DNA of 64,000 nt from an uncultured Actinomycetes bacterium (GCA_963784835.1 CAWASM010000001.1:392926-456925), one strand, 5' to 3'. Positions 35,704 through 47,507 are shown, numbered from the stretch's first letter. Translations and numbers: made by a program. The notes: generated by a model from the sequence alone, not told the origin.

Positions 35704-38304
35704 ATGCAACTCGAACGACTCACCCTGAAAGCCCAGGAGGCGCTGGCCGCCGCGCAGAAACTGGCGCAGGAACGCGGCCACGCCCAGATCGAACCGGAGC
35801 ACCTGGCTGCCAGCTCTCCTCGATCAGGACGGCGGCTTGGCCGTGCCCATCCTGGAGCGCATCGGCGCGAACCACGCGGCGCTGCGGGCCGAGCTGGAGA
35901 AGCGGCTCGACTACTTCTCCACCGTGCACGGCGCCACCCAGCTCGGCCTGGCCCGCGAGACCCAAGAGGCGCTCGAAGCGGCGCAATCCGAGGCCGACAA
36001 GATGAAGGACGCCTACGTCTCCACCGAGCACGTGCTCATGGGACTGGCGGCCAACAAGGGCTGGCTGGGCGACATCCTCAAGCGCCACGGGGTCACCCGC
36101 GACGCGATCTTCCAGGTGCTCAAGGACATCCGCGGCTCGCAGCGGGCCGAGGACCCCAACGCCGAGGAGAAGTACCAGGCTCTGGAACGCTTCGGCCGCG
36201 ACCTCACCGATCTGGCCCGCCGGGGCAAACTCGACCCGGTGATCGGGCGCGACGATGAGATCCGCCGGGTCATCCAGGTGCTCAGCCGCCGGACCAAGAA
36301 CAACCCGGTGCTCATCGGCGAGCCGGGAGTGGGCAAGACGGCCATCGCCGAGGGATTGGCCCAGCGCATCGTGTCCGGCGACGTGCCCGAGGGCCTCAAG
36401 AACAAGCGGGTGATCGCCCTGGACATCGGGGCCATGGTGGCCGGGGCCAAGTACCGCGGGCGAGTTCGAGGAGCGCCTGAAGGCGGTGCTCAAGGAGATC
36501 GCCGATTCCGAAGGCGAGATCGTCACCTTCATCGACGAGATGCACACCATCGTCGGCGCGGGTGGCGCCGAGGGCGCGGTCGACGCCTCCAACATGCTGA
36601 AACCCATGCTGGCCCGGGGCGAGCTGCGGGTAGTGGGCGCGACCACCCTGGACGAGTACCGCAAGTACGTGGAAAAGGACGCCGCTCTCGAACGGCGCTT
36701 CCAGCCCGTGCTGGTCGGAGAACCGACCGTCGAGGACACCATCGCCATCCTGCGGGGGCTCAAGGAACGCTACGAGGTGCACCACGGGGTCCGGATCCAG
36801 GACTCGGCCCTGGTGGCGGCGGCCGTGCTCTCCCAGCCGCTACATCTCCGACCGCTTCCTGCCCGACAAGGCCATCGACCTGGTGGACGAAGCCGCCAGC
36901 AAGCTGCGCATCGAGATCGACTCCATGCCCCTCGAGATCGACCAGGTGGAGCGGCGCATCAAGCAGCTCGACATCGAACTGCACGCGCTCAGCAAGGAGA
37001 AGGACGCCGCCTCCAAGGAGCGGCGCAAGGCCATCGAGGCCGAACTGGCCGAGCTGCGCGAGCAGTCGGCGCGGCATGAAGGCGCACTGGCAGGCGGAGA
37101 AGGAGGCCATCGGCAAGATCCAGGCGCGTCAAGGAGCAGATCGAAAACGCCAAGACCGAGGCCGAGAGGGCCGAGCGCGTCGGCGACCTGCAGAAGGCGG
37201 CCGAGCTGCGCTACGGGCAGCATCCCGGAGGCGGAGCGGCAACTGGCAGCCGAGAACGAGCGCCTCAACGAGCTGCAGCGCGACGTGAAGATGCTGAAGG
37301 AGGAGGTGGAGGAGGAGGACATCGCCGAGGTGGTGGCCAAGTGGACCGGCATCCCGGTCGTCGCGGCTGCTGGAGGGCGAGGTGGAGAAGCTCATCCACA
37401 TGGAGGAGCGGCTGCACGCGCGGGTGGTCGGCCAGGACGACGCCCTGCAGGCGGTGGCCAGCGCCATCCGGCGGGCCCGCGCCGGTCTGCAGGACCCCAA
37501 CCGGCCCATCGGCAGCTTCATCTTCCTGGGCCCCACCGGCGTGGGCAAGACCGAGCTGGGCCGGGCCCTGGCCGAGTTCATGTTCGACGACGAGAAGGCC
37601 ATGATCCGCGTGGACATGAGCGAGTTCCAGGAGCGGCACTCGGTGGCCCGGCTGATCGGAGCGCCGCCCGGCTACGTGGGCTACGAGGAGGGCGGCTACC
37701 TCACCGAGGCCGTGCGGCGCCGCCCCTACGCGGTGCTGCTTCTCGACGAGATCGAGAAGGCCCACCCCGACGTGTTCAACCTGCTGCTGCAGATCCTGGA
37801 CGAGGGCCGGCTCACCGACGGCCACGGCCGCACCGTGGACTTCAAGAACACCGTGGTCATCATGACCTCCAACGTGGGCAGCGAGTTCATCCTCGACCCC
37901 GACATCACCGAGATCGAGATGGACGCGCGCGTCACCGAGCTCATGCAGGCGACCTTCAAGCCGGAGTTCCTCAACCGGGTGGACGAGGTGATCATCTTCC
38001 ACCGGCTGACGCCTGGAGCACATCAAGGGCATCGTCGACATCCAGCTGGAGACTGCTGCGCAAGCGCCTGGCCGAGCGCGACATCACTCTGGAGATCACC
38101 GACGCCGCCAAGGCCTACCTGGCTCAGCAGGGCTACGACCCGGCCTACGGCGCCCGGCCGCTCAAGCGACTCATCCAGAAGGAGATCCAGGACCAGGTGG
38201 CTCTGGGCTTGCTCAAGGGCGACTTCCGCGACGGCGACACTGATCCGGGTGGACGAGCAGAACCTGGAGTTGGCGTTCGAGAAGGCGGGGCGCCGGCCGC
38301 GTAG
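35704..38304 (+). CDS. clpB: AAA+ disaggregase ClpB; at least four frame breaks; 3' end +/-70 bp
   Basis: [18 protein letters not shown], Walker [16 protein letters not shown] and [15 protein letters not shown], coiled-coil middle domain, [41 protein letters not shown]. Confidence 0.95.
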
Positions 38305-39011
38305 TTCTTCTTGCCGCGCCTTGGCCGCCTCGGGGACCGCGACAGCCTCTCCACTCGGGGCCGTGTCCTGACCCGGTTGATGGCCCGGGGCAGGTCGAGC
38401 GCCGTAGGCGCCTGGATACCGAAGCGCAGAGCGGCCACCCTGACCGTGAACACCACCACCACGGTCACGATCATAGCTACCAGGCTGTGCACACCAAGCC
38501 ATTTCGCCAGGACCACGTAGAGCACCGCTCCGATGACCGCGCCAAAGTGCCCGATGGGGCCGGGCCGCACCAACTCCGGTTGCTCTCCCGCCAACACATC
38601 CATGAGCACGGAGCCGCCGGTGGCAGTTATCGCCCCAACCAGGATGGCGGAGAACCCGGAAAGGCCGAGACCCACGGCCTTCTGCGCGCCGACCACCGCA
38701 TACAGGCCCAGCCAGACAGCATCCATGAGGATGAGCGCCTTGGTGAAGCGGTTCACCAGGCTTCCGAAGAAGAACCCGATGCCTGCGGCCACCAGCACCG
38801 TGGGCAAGTACCAAGGCTTGGCCAGCGCCACCGGCCGCACCTGCAGCAGGATGTCGCGCAGGATGCCTCCGCCCAAGCCGGCGGCGATGGCCAAGGCCAC
38901 CAACCCGGTGACAGCGAACCCCCGGCGCACCGCGTGCAACGAGCCACTCAGCCCGCCCAAGAACACGGCCAACAGATCCAGATAGAGAGGGAGCTTGACG
39001 ATGTCTTCCAC
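38300..39011 (-). CDS. TRIC-family (UPF0126/YadS-like) cation channel membrane protein; 3' end uncertain
   Basis: Duplicated glycine-rich motifs [17 protein letters not shown] and [16 protein letters not shown]. The tracked ORF (38145..39011) would overlap the convergent clpB, so a hidden frame change is likely. Confidence 0.7.
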
Positions 39012-39023
39012 GCGGGCGCGGTC

Positions 39024-40268
39024 CTAGAACCGGTAGCCCAGCCGACCCACCAGGATCGCCCTCAGGTCCTCGTAGCGAACGGCCTGGGGCGAGATACCCC
39101 TGGCCAGAGCGAGCGCGGCGGTGGTGCCGGCCGCGCCCCCGTAGTCCATCCGCAAGGGCTCCATTCGGAATGAGGAGTTGTAGGCGGTGTAGTCCACGCA
39201 CGCCCCGTCGGTCACGAGCAGCCAGTCGAACTCAGCCGGCATCATGGCCTTCCAGGGCGCCCAGACCACAGCCGCGCCGCTGCTCACGTTCCCGCTCAGG
39301 TCGTGCCGGTCATAGCGCGAGTAGCACGACCGAGCCGCGGGCTGCGCCACGCGCTTGCCCACCTGGTCGCCGGTGAAGCGGACGAGCCCGTTGGCGATGG
39401 TCACTTCTCCCCGAAAATAGGGCCAGGGGTAGGAGTAGGCCAAGCGCATCCCCGGATAGAGCTTGCTGATGGACCAGTTGCGCACGCGGTCGCGTATCGC
39501 GGAGCGGAGTTCTGGATGCATGACCCAGTCGAAGACGTCCTGCGCCACCCGGTAGTCGGACACGGCCTCGTTGAACTCGCACAGGCCGTTGGGCAACTTG
39601 CCGGTGGTGGTGGACCACATGGTGGGCACCGAGCCCACGATCCGGAAGGTGGGGAGCCCCGCCATGGCCTGCGGAGCGGTGATGTAGCCGTTGGCGGCCG
39701 TCGGCGGCGTCGGCGCCAGGTCGGGGCCGTAGACCGTCAGATCCTTGCCGATGCGATATTCGCAGCCGAAGGCCCGAGCCAGGTCCAAGGTGGGAGAGGC
39801 GTCGATGATCACCTTGCCCGTGATGGTGACCTCTTCTCCGCCCTGCACTTGTAGGTGGAGCGACTTGGTCGAGGCATCCGCGGCCCCGAGGGCGGCCGCA
39901 TAGAAGGTCACCCCAGGCTTGTTGAGCCTCAACCAGAGCATGTCGGCGGCCACGGATGAGGCGACCTTCAGCCGGCCCGTCTGGCCGAAGCCCCTGCGCC
40001 ACTCTTTCCACAGGCCGTTGGCGTAGTACTCAGGCAGGAACATGTCCTCGATCATGAGGCCGTTCGCCAAGGACGACTCGAGGTAGTCACCCGAGGAGAT
40101 GATGGCCACCGTGGTCGATTGCGGAATGATCACCCGCCTCAGCAGAGTGAGGGCCCGCACTGCGCCGATGCCAGACGTAGTGCTGCCATAGACCACCACG
40201 TCGTACTGGACGGGATCGGAGGCCTGAGCCGGCGCGCTCGACCACCCAGCCACGATGACCGTGGCCAA
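39024..40268 (-). CDS. Secreted FAD-dependent oxidoreductase-family protein, intact
   Basis: Dinucleotide-binding YDVVVYGSTTSGIGAVRAL after a signal-like WSSAPAQA. No frame break over 1.2 kb. A fuller signal peptide is readable upstream but lacks a canonical start codon. Confidence 0.55.
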   Translation of the reverse strand: MATVIVAGWSSAPAQASDPVQYDVVVYGSTTSGIGAVRALTLLRRVIIPQSTTVAIISSGDYLESSLANGLMIEDMFLPEYYANGLWKEWRRGFGQTGRLKVASSVAADMLWLRLNKPGVTFYAAALGAADASTKSLHLQVQGGEEVTITGKVIIDASPTLDLARAFGCEYRIGKDLTVYGPDLAPTPPTAANGYITAPQAMAGLPTFRIVGSVPTMWSTTTGKLPNGLCEFNEAVSDYRVAQDVFDWVMHPELRSAIRDRVRNWSISKLYPGMRLAYSYPWPYFRGEVTIANGLVRFTGDQVGKRVAQPAARSCYSRYDRHDLSGNVSSGAAVVWAPWKAMMPAEFDWLLVTDGACVDYTAYNSSFRMEPLRMDYGGAAGTTAALALARGISPQAVRYEDLRAILVGRLGYRF

Positions 40269-40414
40269 GACCAGGGTCCAGGCGAGCCTGCGTCTGACAG
40301 TGCCGATGATGTGACCTCCCCGGATGGCGCCTCGGTTACTAGGCCATTCTCACACTAGCGGCATGGGGGGCGCAAGCGGACGGTGGAACAGCCGCGCTCG
40401 CGTATACTCCCGGC

Positions 40415-41896
40415 ATGAGCCACCCCCAACTTCAAATTCGGCCTGGCCAGATGGTCGAGCTCACCGTCACCGGTCTTGCCTACGGAGGCAAGGGGATAGC
40501 CCGACTCGACGACTTCGTGGTCTTCGTTACAGGCGCCGTCCCCGGCGATGGCGTACGGGCGCGGGTGACCAAGAACAAGAAGCGCTACGCGGAGGCACGC
40601 GCCGAGGAGATTGTCGTCCCCTCGCCCGACCGCTGCCCGGCGCGCTGCCCGGCCTTCGGCGCATGCGGGGGCTGCGTGTGGCAGGACCTCGACTACGGTG
40701 TCCAATTGAAGTACAAAGCCGCCCAGGTGCGGGAGTCGCTCGAGCATCTCGGCGGGATCAAGGACTTCGTCCTAGCTCCCATCGTCGGCATGGCCGATCC
40801 CTGGAGATACCGCAACCGGGCCGACTTCTCCATCGGGATGACCGAGGAAGGCGCCATCGTGGGCTTCCGGCCTCGGGGCCGGTGGGATTCGGTCTTGCCC
40901 ATGTCGGAGTGCCACCTGCTCGACTCGACCATCGAGGCCATCCGCGCGACGGTCGAGGGCTGGCTGCGGGAGAACGACATCCCCGGATGGGATCCACGCA
41001 CGGGCACCGGCTTCGCCCGGCACCTGCTGGTGCGTTCGAGCCAGGCGGGCGCAGAGGCCGTCGTCAGCTTGGTGACCGCCGGCGAGGAACTGCCCGACCC
41101 TGAGGGGCTTGTGGAGCGGCTGCGCGCCGCCCATCCCCAGGTGGTCGGAGTGGTGCACGCCGTCAATGTAGGCCAGGCCGAGATCAGCTCGGGCATACCT
41201 TCGCTCCTGCTATGGGGCAGGCCGTTCTTGCTGGAGCGAGTGGCCGGCGTGACTCTCAAGGTGTCCATCGACGCCTTCTTCCAGACGAACACCATCATGG
41301 CGCACGCTCTATACCGACTCGTCGCCCAGGCTGTGGGGACTGCCGACGGGGCCCAGGCCGCCACCGGCGGCGCAGCCGAGAGCGCGCCTGGAGCCGAAGC
41401 GGCGCGGCGCCCGGTCATCTGGGACCTCTTCTCCGGCGTGGGGTCCATCGGCCTGTCGCTGGCCGGTGAGGCTGAGGCGGTGCTGGCTATCGAAGCCGTG
41501 CCGGCCGCCGTGGCCGATGCCAAGGAGAACGCCCAGCTCAACCACATCGACAACATCAGCTTCATCGAGGGTGACGTGGCCAAGGTTCTGCGCGGGGTGA
41601 CCGACGGTGAGCGCCAGTTGCCCCAAGGGCTGGAGGTCCCCGACGTCATCATCATCGACCCGCCGCGGGCCGGGCTCTCGAACAAGGCGATATCCCGGGT
41701 CGGGGAGATCGGGGCGCCGCGCATCATGTACGTCTCGTGCAACCCCTCCACCATGGCGCCCAACGTAGCCGGCTTTGCTGAGTACGGCTACAAGCTGGAG
41801 CAGGTGACTCCGGTGGATATGTTCCCGCACACGCCGCATGTGGAGTGCGTGGGATTGCTCGTCAAGACCGAAAGTGAGCGAACCGGCGCCGAGTAG
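40415..41896 (+). CDS. rlmD: 23S rRNA (uracil-5-)-methyltransferase RlmD/RumA family (TRAM + 4Fe-4S + SAM MTase), intact
   Basis: TRAM VELTVTGLAYGGKGIARLDDFVVFV, Cys cluster CPARCPAFGACGGCVWQDLDY, DLFSGVGSIGLSLA, IIIDPPRAGL, YVSCNPSTMA, VDMFPHTPHVE. Confidence 0.85.
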   Translation: MSHPQLQIRPGQMVELTVTGLAYGGKGIARLDDFVVFVTGAVPGDGVRARVTKNKKRYAEARAEEIVVPSPDRCPARCPAFGACGGCVWQDLDYGVQLKYKAAQVRESLEHLGGIKDFVLAPIVGMADPWRYRNRADFSIGMTEEGAIVGFRPRGRWDSVLPMSECHLLDSTIEAIRATVEGWLRENDIPGWDPRTGTGFARHLLVRSSQAGAEAVVSLVTAGEELPDPEGLVERLRAAHPQVVGVVHAVNVGQAEISSGIPSLLLWGRPFLLERVAGVTLKVSIDAFFQTNTIMAHALYRLVAQAVGTADGAQAATGGAAESAPGAEAARRPVIWDLFSGVGSIGLSLAGEAEAVLAIEAVPAAVADAKENAQLNHIDNISFIEGDVAKVLRGVTDGERQLPQGLEVPDVIIIDPPRAGLSNKAISRVGEIGAPRIMYVSCNPSTMAPNVAGFAEYGYKLEQVTPVDMFPHTPHVECVGLLVKTESERTGAE

Positions 41897-41941
41897 AGCC
41901 GCGCCCGCGCCCGGAGGCGCCGCCGCCCACCGCTCCGCTCC

Positions 41942-42835
41942 CTAGCCGCGCGAAGCCGCGAACTCCTGGTACCACATATTTAGAAGCGGCACGAACTCCT
42001 CGGTGGCCTTGACGTCTCCGTCCTTGTTGGGATGGTCATCTCCCTCGGAGTCATAGTAGAGAGTGTCGGAGCCGGGCACCACTTCGTGGACCTCGACGCC
42101 GTCCACCAGGCGGTGGTGCGCATCGGGGTTCGTCAGCACGTTGTACAGGTCGAAGACGAACACGTTCCCGGTGGACAGCCCCGCGAGCCAACCGTTGTCC
42201 CTGTCGGTGAGCCAATCGCATAGCTCCCGAGTCTTCTGGGGATCGGGGATGGCGATCATGGGCGGCGGGGTCACCAGCACGAACATTTTGTCCGGGTGCG
42301 CCTGCATGTAAGGGAGCAAGTTGTTGTAGATGGCCTTCTCGTCCGAGATGTCCGAGCCCACGTCGCTATTGGGAAAGCAGCTCTTGAACATGACGATGGT
42401 GTTTTCCCCGGGGGCCGGAGCCAGGTTGTTGGGCGCGGTCATCTGGCCGAGTTCCTGGTAGACGAGGCCCATAACCTCATCGGTGAACCAAGTGGGCCAG
42501 TCGGCCGTGTCGGTATTGTCTCCGTACGCCCGCCAGCCGTAGTAGATGTCGGCCACGTGATAGCAGTTGTCGTTGAGAGCCGGGCAGAGGCCGTCGTTCA
42601 GCCAGTTCTCGCCGACGCTGTGGTGGATGAAGACCAGGTTGACGGTGCTGCGCTCCAGGATGGTGGTGCCGTCGGCAGGCAGGACGGCGGTGTTTGCCGT
42701 AATCGGGGCAACCGAGACTTCGCTGCCTTCAGGCACGCTGCCGGAGGTGCCGGCCTCCTGCGGCGCCGCACCTCCGCATGCACCAAGCGACAAGAACGCG
42801 ACAAGGACTAGGAGCACTGCCAGTAGTCTAGTCAC
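41942..42835 (-). CDS. Uncharacterised lipoprotein, intact
   Basis: MTRLLAVLLVLVAFLSLGACGG lipobox. No motif I can assign. Contains FIHHSVGENWLNDGL and CFPNSDVGSD. Confidence 0.55.
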   Translation of the reverse strand: MTRLLAVLLVLVAFLSLGACGGAAPQEAGTSGSVPEGSEVSVAPITANTAVLPADGTTILERSTVNLVFIHHSVGENWLNDGLCPALNDNCYHVADIYYGWRAYGDNTDTADWPTWFTDEVMGLVYQELGQMTAPNNLAPAPGENTIVMFKSCFPNSDVGSDISDEKAIYNNLLPYMQAHPDKMFVLVTPPPMIAIPDPQKTRELCDWLTDRDNGWLAGLSTGNVFVFDLYNVLTNPDAHHRLVDGVEVHEVVPGSDTLYYDSEGDDHPNKDGDVKATEEFVPLLNMWYQEFAASRG

Positions 42836-43478
42836 GCTTCCTCCCTAGACCGATCAGTACGGGGGCTCGTCGCGGAACCAATCGCCCAGATTGCGGAATG
42901 CCTTCCAGAACTCGGCTTTGGCCTGTCTCGTCGTCCAGGCACTCGTCGATATCAGGCGTGACCAGGGCCTTGCAGAAGGGGGTGAAGTCCTGAAGCGCTC
43001 CCGGATCCCAGGCAAGCTCCTTCATGCCGGCCACCCGGTTGCGATTGACAAGGTCGAGGGTCTGGCTGGCCCATGACCACCATCGATGCGGGGCTGGGTG
43101 ATGTGGAACTCCTCCAGCCAGTAGGCGGGGCAGTTCTTCTCCGCCATCGGCAGGTTCGACGTCGTGGCACTTGACCAGGTTGGTGCCGTAGACGACCAGC
43201 GGGTTGACGCCCAGCCGCTCCATGCTCTTGAGCACCGCCGTACCCGAGCGCCCGAAGAAGGCCACGCCTTCGTTGACCTCCAGATATCGCGGCTGGTACT
43301 TGAGCAAGAAGATGTCGGCCAGCGGATGCCCCGAGCCCACCGTAGGCAGGAAGTCTCCCCGGGGGCACTTCCGGCAGTGGACCACGCGATGGTTGAGATC
43401 GTTGCTCTCGGTGATCGCCCGCTCTTCCAGCTTGCGGTAGATCTCGTTCGCCTCTGCGAGAGGTGGTGAGTCTTTCAC
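42828..43478 (-). CDS. Uracil-DNA glycosylase superfamily protein (family 4/5-like); frame breaks
   Basis: CRKCPRG, TVGSGHPLADIFLLKYQP, EGVAFFGRSGTAVLKSMERLG, VYGTNLVKCH. Confidence 0.75.
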   Translation of the reverse strand: MKDSPPLAEANEIYRKLEERAITESNDLNHRVVHCRKCPRGDFLPTVGSGHPLADIFLLKYQPRYLEVNEGVAFFGRSGTAVLKSMERLGVNPLVVYGTNLVKCHDVEPADGGEELPRLLAGGVPHHPAPHRWWSWASQTLDLVNRNRVAGMKELAWDPGALQDFTPFCKALVTPDIDECLDDETGQSRVLEGIPQSGRLVPRRAPVLIGLGRKRD

Positions 43479-43599
43479 GATCTGGCTGTCGACCGGCTTC
43501 CGTGTCGTTCGGACCAGACTCCCCTCAAGGGGTAGACACTATATTGGCGGGTGGTCGGAGAATTCCTCCGGATTCTCGCCCGGCGCGGCCCGCGGGCTG

Positions 43600-44341
43600 C
43601 TAGTCCTCGGGCAAGACCCGGTCGAGAGTGGTCTGCAGCAGCTTCAGCGACTGCAGATAGAGCAGATTCTTCGTCTGGCGATGATGTCGGCCTCCCATAG
43701 GGCGGCCATGAAGCTCTGCGGATCGTGGAAGCGCGGCATGCGGATGCATGGCGGTGCCGAGAGCCTGCAACACGTGCGCGTCGCTGCCCGCGCCGGCCAC
43801 GATATTGTACTTGGCCGCGAAGCGCTCGGCCCTCAGGTTGAACGACGAGAGCGCCACTTTGCGCGTTGTAGATCTCGATGACGTCGATGCGGTGCAGGTT
43901 GTCCACGAGAGCCCGGTAGGACGGGGTCGTGCGCAGGCCATCGAAAGGATGGGGCACATACACCAAGCCCCCTTGCTCCTTGATGAGCGACAGAGTCTCG
44001 TCGAAGCTGAGGCCGCCGGGAATGCGCTTCTTCAGGAAGAGGCCGATGACCTCGCCCTCAGCCGTCTTGACCTCCTCGGCCACGATCACGAAGGGGTCGC
44101 CGCCGGACGAGCTCTTGAGCCAGGAAGGCGCCGTCGATCTCGTTGTGGTCGGCGATGGCGAGAGCGCCGAGGCCGATCTCCCGAGCAGTCGCCAGGATGG
44201 CCTCCATCGACTGGCGCAGTCCTTGGAGAAGTTGGAATGGACATGGAGGTCGGCGTTGATCCAGTCGGGTCGCGCCGGGCCCGCGGCGGCATGGCGCATG
44301 CGCCGGCGGGTCGGTTCTTCGCCGATGCCGCGCACATGCAT
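43600..44341 (-). CDS. PHP-domain metal-dependent phosphoesterase; frame breaks
   Basis: INADLHVHSNFSKD, GLGALAIADHNEIDGA, GGLVYVPHPFD, AGAGSDAHV, across ORFs 43475..44713, 44058..45188 and 43600..43959. Confidence 0.7.
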
Positions 44342-45725
44342 GGAGTGGCCCGTGACCGGAGTCTTGGCCGCCAGCGCCCTTGCCGCCCGCTGGTCGCGGC
44401 CAGGGTCTGCCGGTAGATCCCCTCCAGCCGCTCGGCCACCGCGGCCATAGCGTACGCATGCGTGCCCCGCGCGCGGCAGCGCCGGAGGGGCCTTGGTGCC
44501 GGCGAGTCGGCTGCGGCCGCGCGCGGCGCCCGGGGCCAGGCGCCTGTGCCAGCGCCGCCGCGACGGCCTGGCGAAGCGAGCCCGACTCGGTCGGGGAGAA
44601 GACCGCGCCCGTAGTCCGCTGCGCGACCACGATAGTCGCGCACCGGCGGCAGATCGGGTCCCACCACCGGGCAGCCGCACACGAGCGCTTCGGCAGCGGT
44701 GGCGCACAGCCACTCACCTCCCAGGAAAGGGGAGGATGGTCACCGCCGCCGCTTCGTAGAGAGGCGCCAGCTCGCCGGGGTAGTCGAACTCGTAGAGGGT
44801 CACCTGTGGCTTCGAGCTTCCGGGGGACGCTCCGCGGCACCCAGCGTGCCGCCGAAGGCCGGTGAAAGGCCACGGCCAGCTGTCGACCTCGGCGGGAAAG
44901 CGAGCCAGAAGGAGCCCGCAGCAGCGCCCGATACGAGCGGCGGCCGTCGCCCCGATACACGTAGAGGCCGAAGGCGACCTGCGGCGCGCCGGAGCGGCAG
45001 CGCTCGGCCGACCGGTGCCGCGGCCACGCGACCCGCTGCGCCGGCGTCACCGCGCCGTGCCGCACGACAGGACCTCGTACTCGCCCGGGTAGAGCTCGTC
45101 CATCATCTGCCGACCGCTGCGGAGAAGGTGACGATGCGAGCATCCAGGCGCAGGAAGAAGCGGTCGAGCACCGACTGTCCCAACTCATAGGCGGCCACGC
45201 CCACAGGAGTGAGATGGAAAGTGCCGACCACCGGACTGCGGGCCTCGCGCAAGGCGGTGAAACTCAGCGAGGCGCCAGCGGCTCGTGCACGTGCACAGGT
45301 CGAACTCGGCGCCCAGCATGAGCTTCTCCAGGCGGGAGGTGACGTCCACCGGCAGACCAAGATTGGCCACACCTCCGTTGAGCCGGACTGGGAAGCTCGA
45401 CCCGAGCGGGATCACAGGGATACCGGCGTTCACCGGTCCAGCGGCCCGACACCGGCCGGAGGGCAGCAGCAGCCCGTCGGCCGGACCCGCCGCGGATAGT
45501 CCCCCAGCAGGGTGACCACCTGACCGCGGGCTGCGATGGAAGAGAGCCCGCATCCGCGGCTCATCCGAGGTCGTCCGACGAAGCGACGACCACGGGCAGA
45601 TGGCCCCTGTGCCTTGAGCTCGCGGGCCAGGTCGGCCACATGTTGGTTGACAGCGCTGGGCACGCTCCACGAGAAGGGCGTCACCAGAGCTATGTGCAGG
45701 TCTGCTCGCCACGCGCGGTCCTCGA
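44342..45725 (-). CDS. GT4-family glycosyltransferase, PimA-like by context; many frame breaks; both ends approximate
   Basis: HIALVTPFSWSVPSAVNQHVADLARELKAQG, DLVHVHEPLAP, SPVVGTFH, and C-terminal MAAVAERLEGIYRQTLAA. Confidence 0.6.
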
Positions 45726-45798
45726 CGTACTGGGGCCCGGGCGGCGGACCGTGGCGGGCCCGACTCCGTGATGCCCCGAGACTCACAATCTGTCGGCG

Positions 45799-46900
45799 CT
45801 ACTTCTTGGGCGCGGCGCTCGGTTGCCTCGCCCGGCGATGAAGGCCTCGGTCTTTTGCCGCGCTTCGTCGTCGCTGTACTGGATGGGCGGCGACTTCATG
45901 AAGTAGGAGGCTGGCTCGTACAGGGCGCCCGGAGACGCCCCGGTCGAGGGCCAGCTTGGCGCACCGCACCGCGTCGATGACGATGCCGGCCGAGTTGGGC
46001 GAGTCGACCACTTCCAGCTTAGCTCGATGTTGAGCGGCACGTCGCCGAAGGTGCGGCCTTCCATGCGGATGTAGGCCCACTTGCGGTCGTCAAGCCACTC
46101 CACGTAGTCGGAAGGACCGATGTGGATGTTCTTGCTTGCCCATGTCGTAGTCGAGCTGCGAGGTGACCGAGTTGGTCTTGGAGATCTTCTTGCTCTCCAG
46201 GCGCTCCCGCTCCAGCATGTTGAGAAAGTCGGTGTTGCCGCCCACGTTGAGCTGCGAGGTGCGCTCCAGCTGACGCCCCGCTCGCGCATGAGCCGGGTGA
46301 GCACCCGATGGACGATGGTGGCGCCCACCTGCGACTTGATGTCGTCGCCGATGACCGGCAGACCGCTCTCTTCGAAGCGTTCCTGCCAGTACTTCTCCCG
46401 GGCGATGAAGACCGGGATGCAGTTCACAAGGCCGCAGCCGGCCTCCAGGATCTGCTCGACATACCATTTGGTGGCCATCTCGCTGCCCACCGGCAGGTAG
46501 TTCACCACGACGTCGGTCTTGGTGTCTTTGAGGATGCCCACCACGTCGTCGGTCGGGCCAGGGGCCTTCTCGATGACCTCCGACAGGTACTTGCCCAGGC
46601 CGTCGTGAGTCATGCCGCGGTAGACCTTGACGCCCATCTCGGGCACGTCGGCAGAACTTGACGGTGCAGTTCCTGCCGCCGTCGATGGCCTGAGACAGGT
46701 CTTTGCCCACTTTGGTCTTGTCGATATCGAAGGCACAGGTGAACTCGATGTCGGAGATGTGATATCCGCCGAGATTCACATGCATCAGGCCGGGAACGAA
46801 CTCGTCCGCCTTGGCGTTGCGGTAGTAACTGCACCCCCTGGATGAAGGACGATGCACAGTTCCCCACCCCGATGATGGCGACCCGTACTTTATCGCTCAA
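45799..46900 (-). CDS. ino1: myo-Inositol-1-phosphate synthase; frame breaks
   Basis: TTG at 46900 behind [102 protein letters not shown]. Confidence 0.85.
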
Positions 46901-47507
46901 CGAATCCTCCCTGTTTCCTTTTGCTTGCCGAGTTGGCGGTAGGTGTGGACGACGCGCTGGATGACCGTGAACACGGTCAGAGCCAGCATTATGTAGATCA
47001 CGTACGGCAGCACATTGAAGAAGAGCCCAATGGCAATGAGGATGACCCGCTCGGGCCTGCTCATCAGCCCCACCTTGCACTCCAGACCCAGACTCTCCGC
47101 CCGAGCCCGAGTGTAGCTCACAAGGACGCTGCCCAGAAGAGCCAGCACCACCAGAGCCACATCGACCGCACGTCCCTCGTACGGCGAGCAGGTAGGCGAT
47201 GCCGGCGAGGATGACTCCTTCCGACACCCGGTCGAGAGTCGAATCGAGAAAGGCCCCGAAGGGGGTGACCTTCTGGGACAGCCGAGCCAGGGCCCCGTCG
47301 AGCATGTCGAAGCATCCGGCGACCAGGAAGACGATGCCCGCGTAGATCAGAGTGGTCGGTGATGACCAGCGCGGCCGCCGCCACGTTGAGGACGGTGCCG
47401 GCGATAGTGACCTGATTGGGCGTGATCCTCAGCCACTGCAGAGCCGACAGCATCGGCGCGAAACTCCTGCGCAGCTGGATCCCGAAGAACTCGCGAATAT
47501 TCTCCAT
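46897..47507 (-). CDS. pgsA: CDP-alcohol phosphatidyltransferase (phosphatidylinositol-phosphate synthase type by context); frame breaks
   Basis: Family motif [27 protein letters not shown] (D-G-x2-A-R-x8-G-x3-D-x3-D). Stop overlaps the ino1 start (TTGA). Confidence 0.8.
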
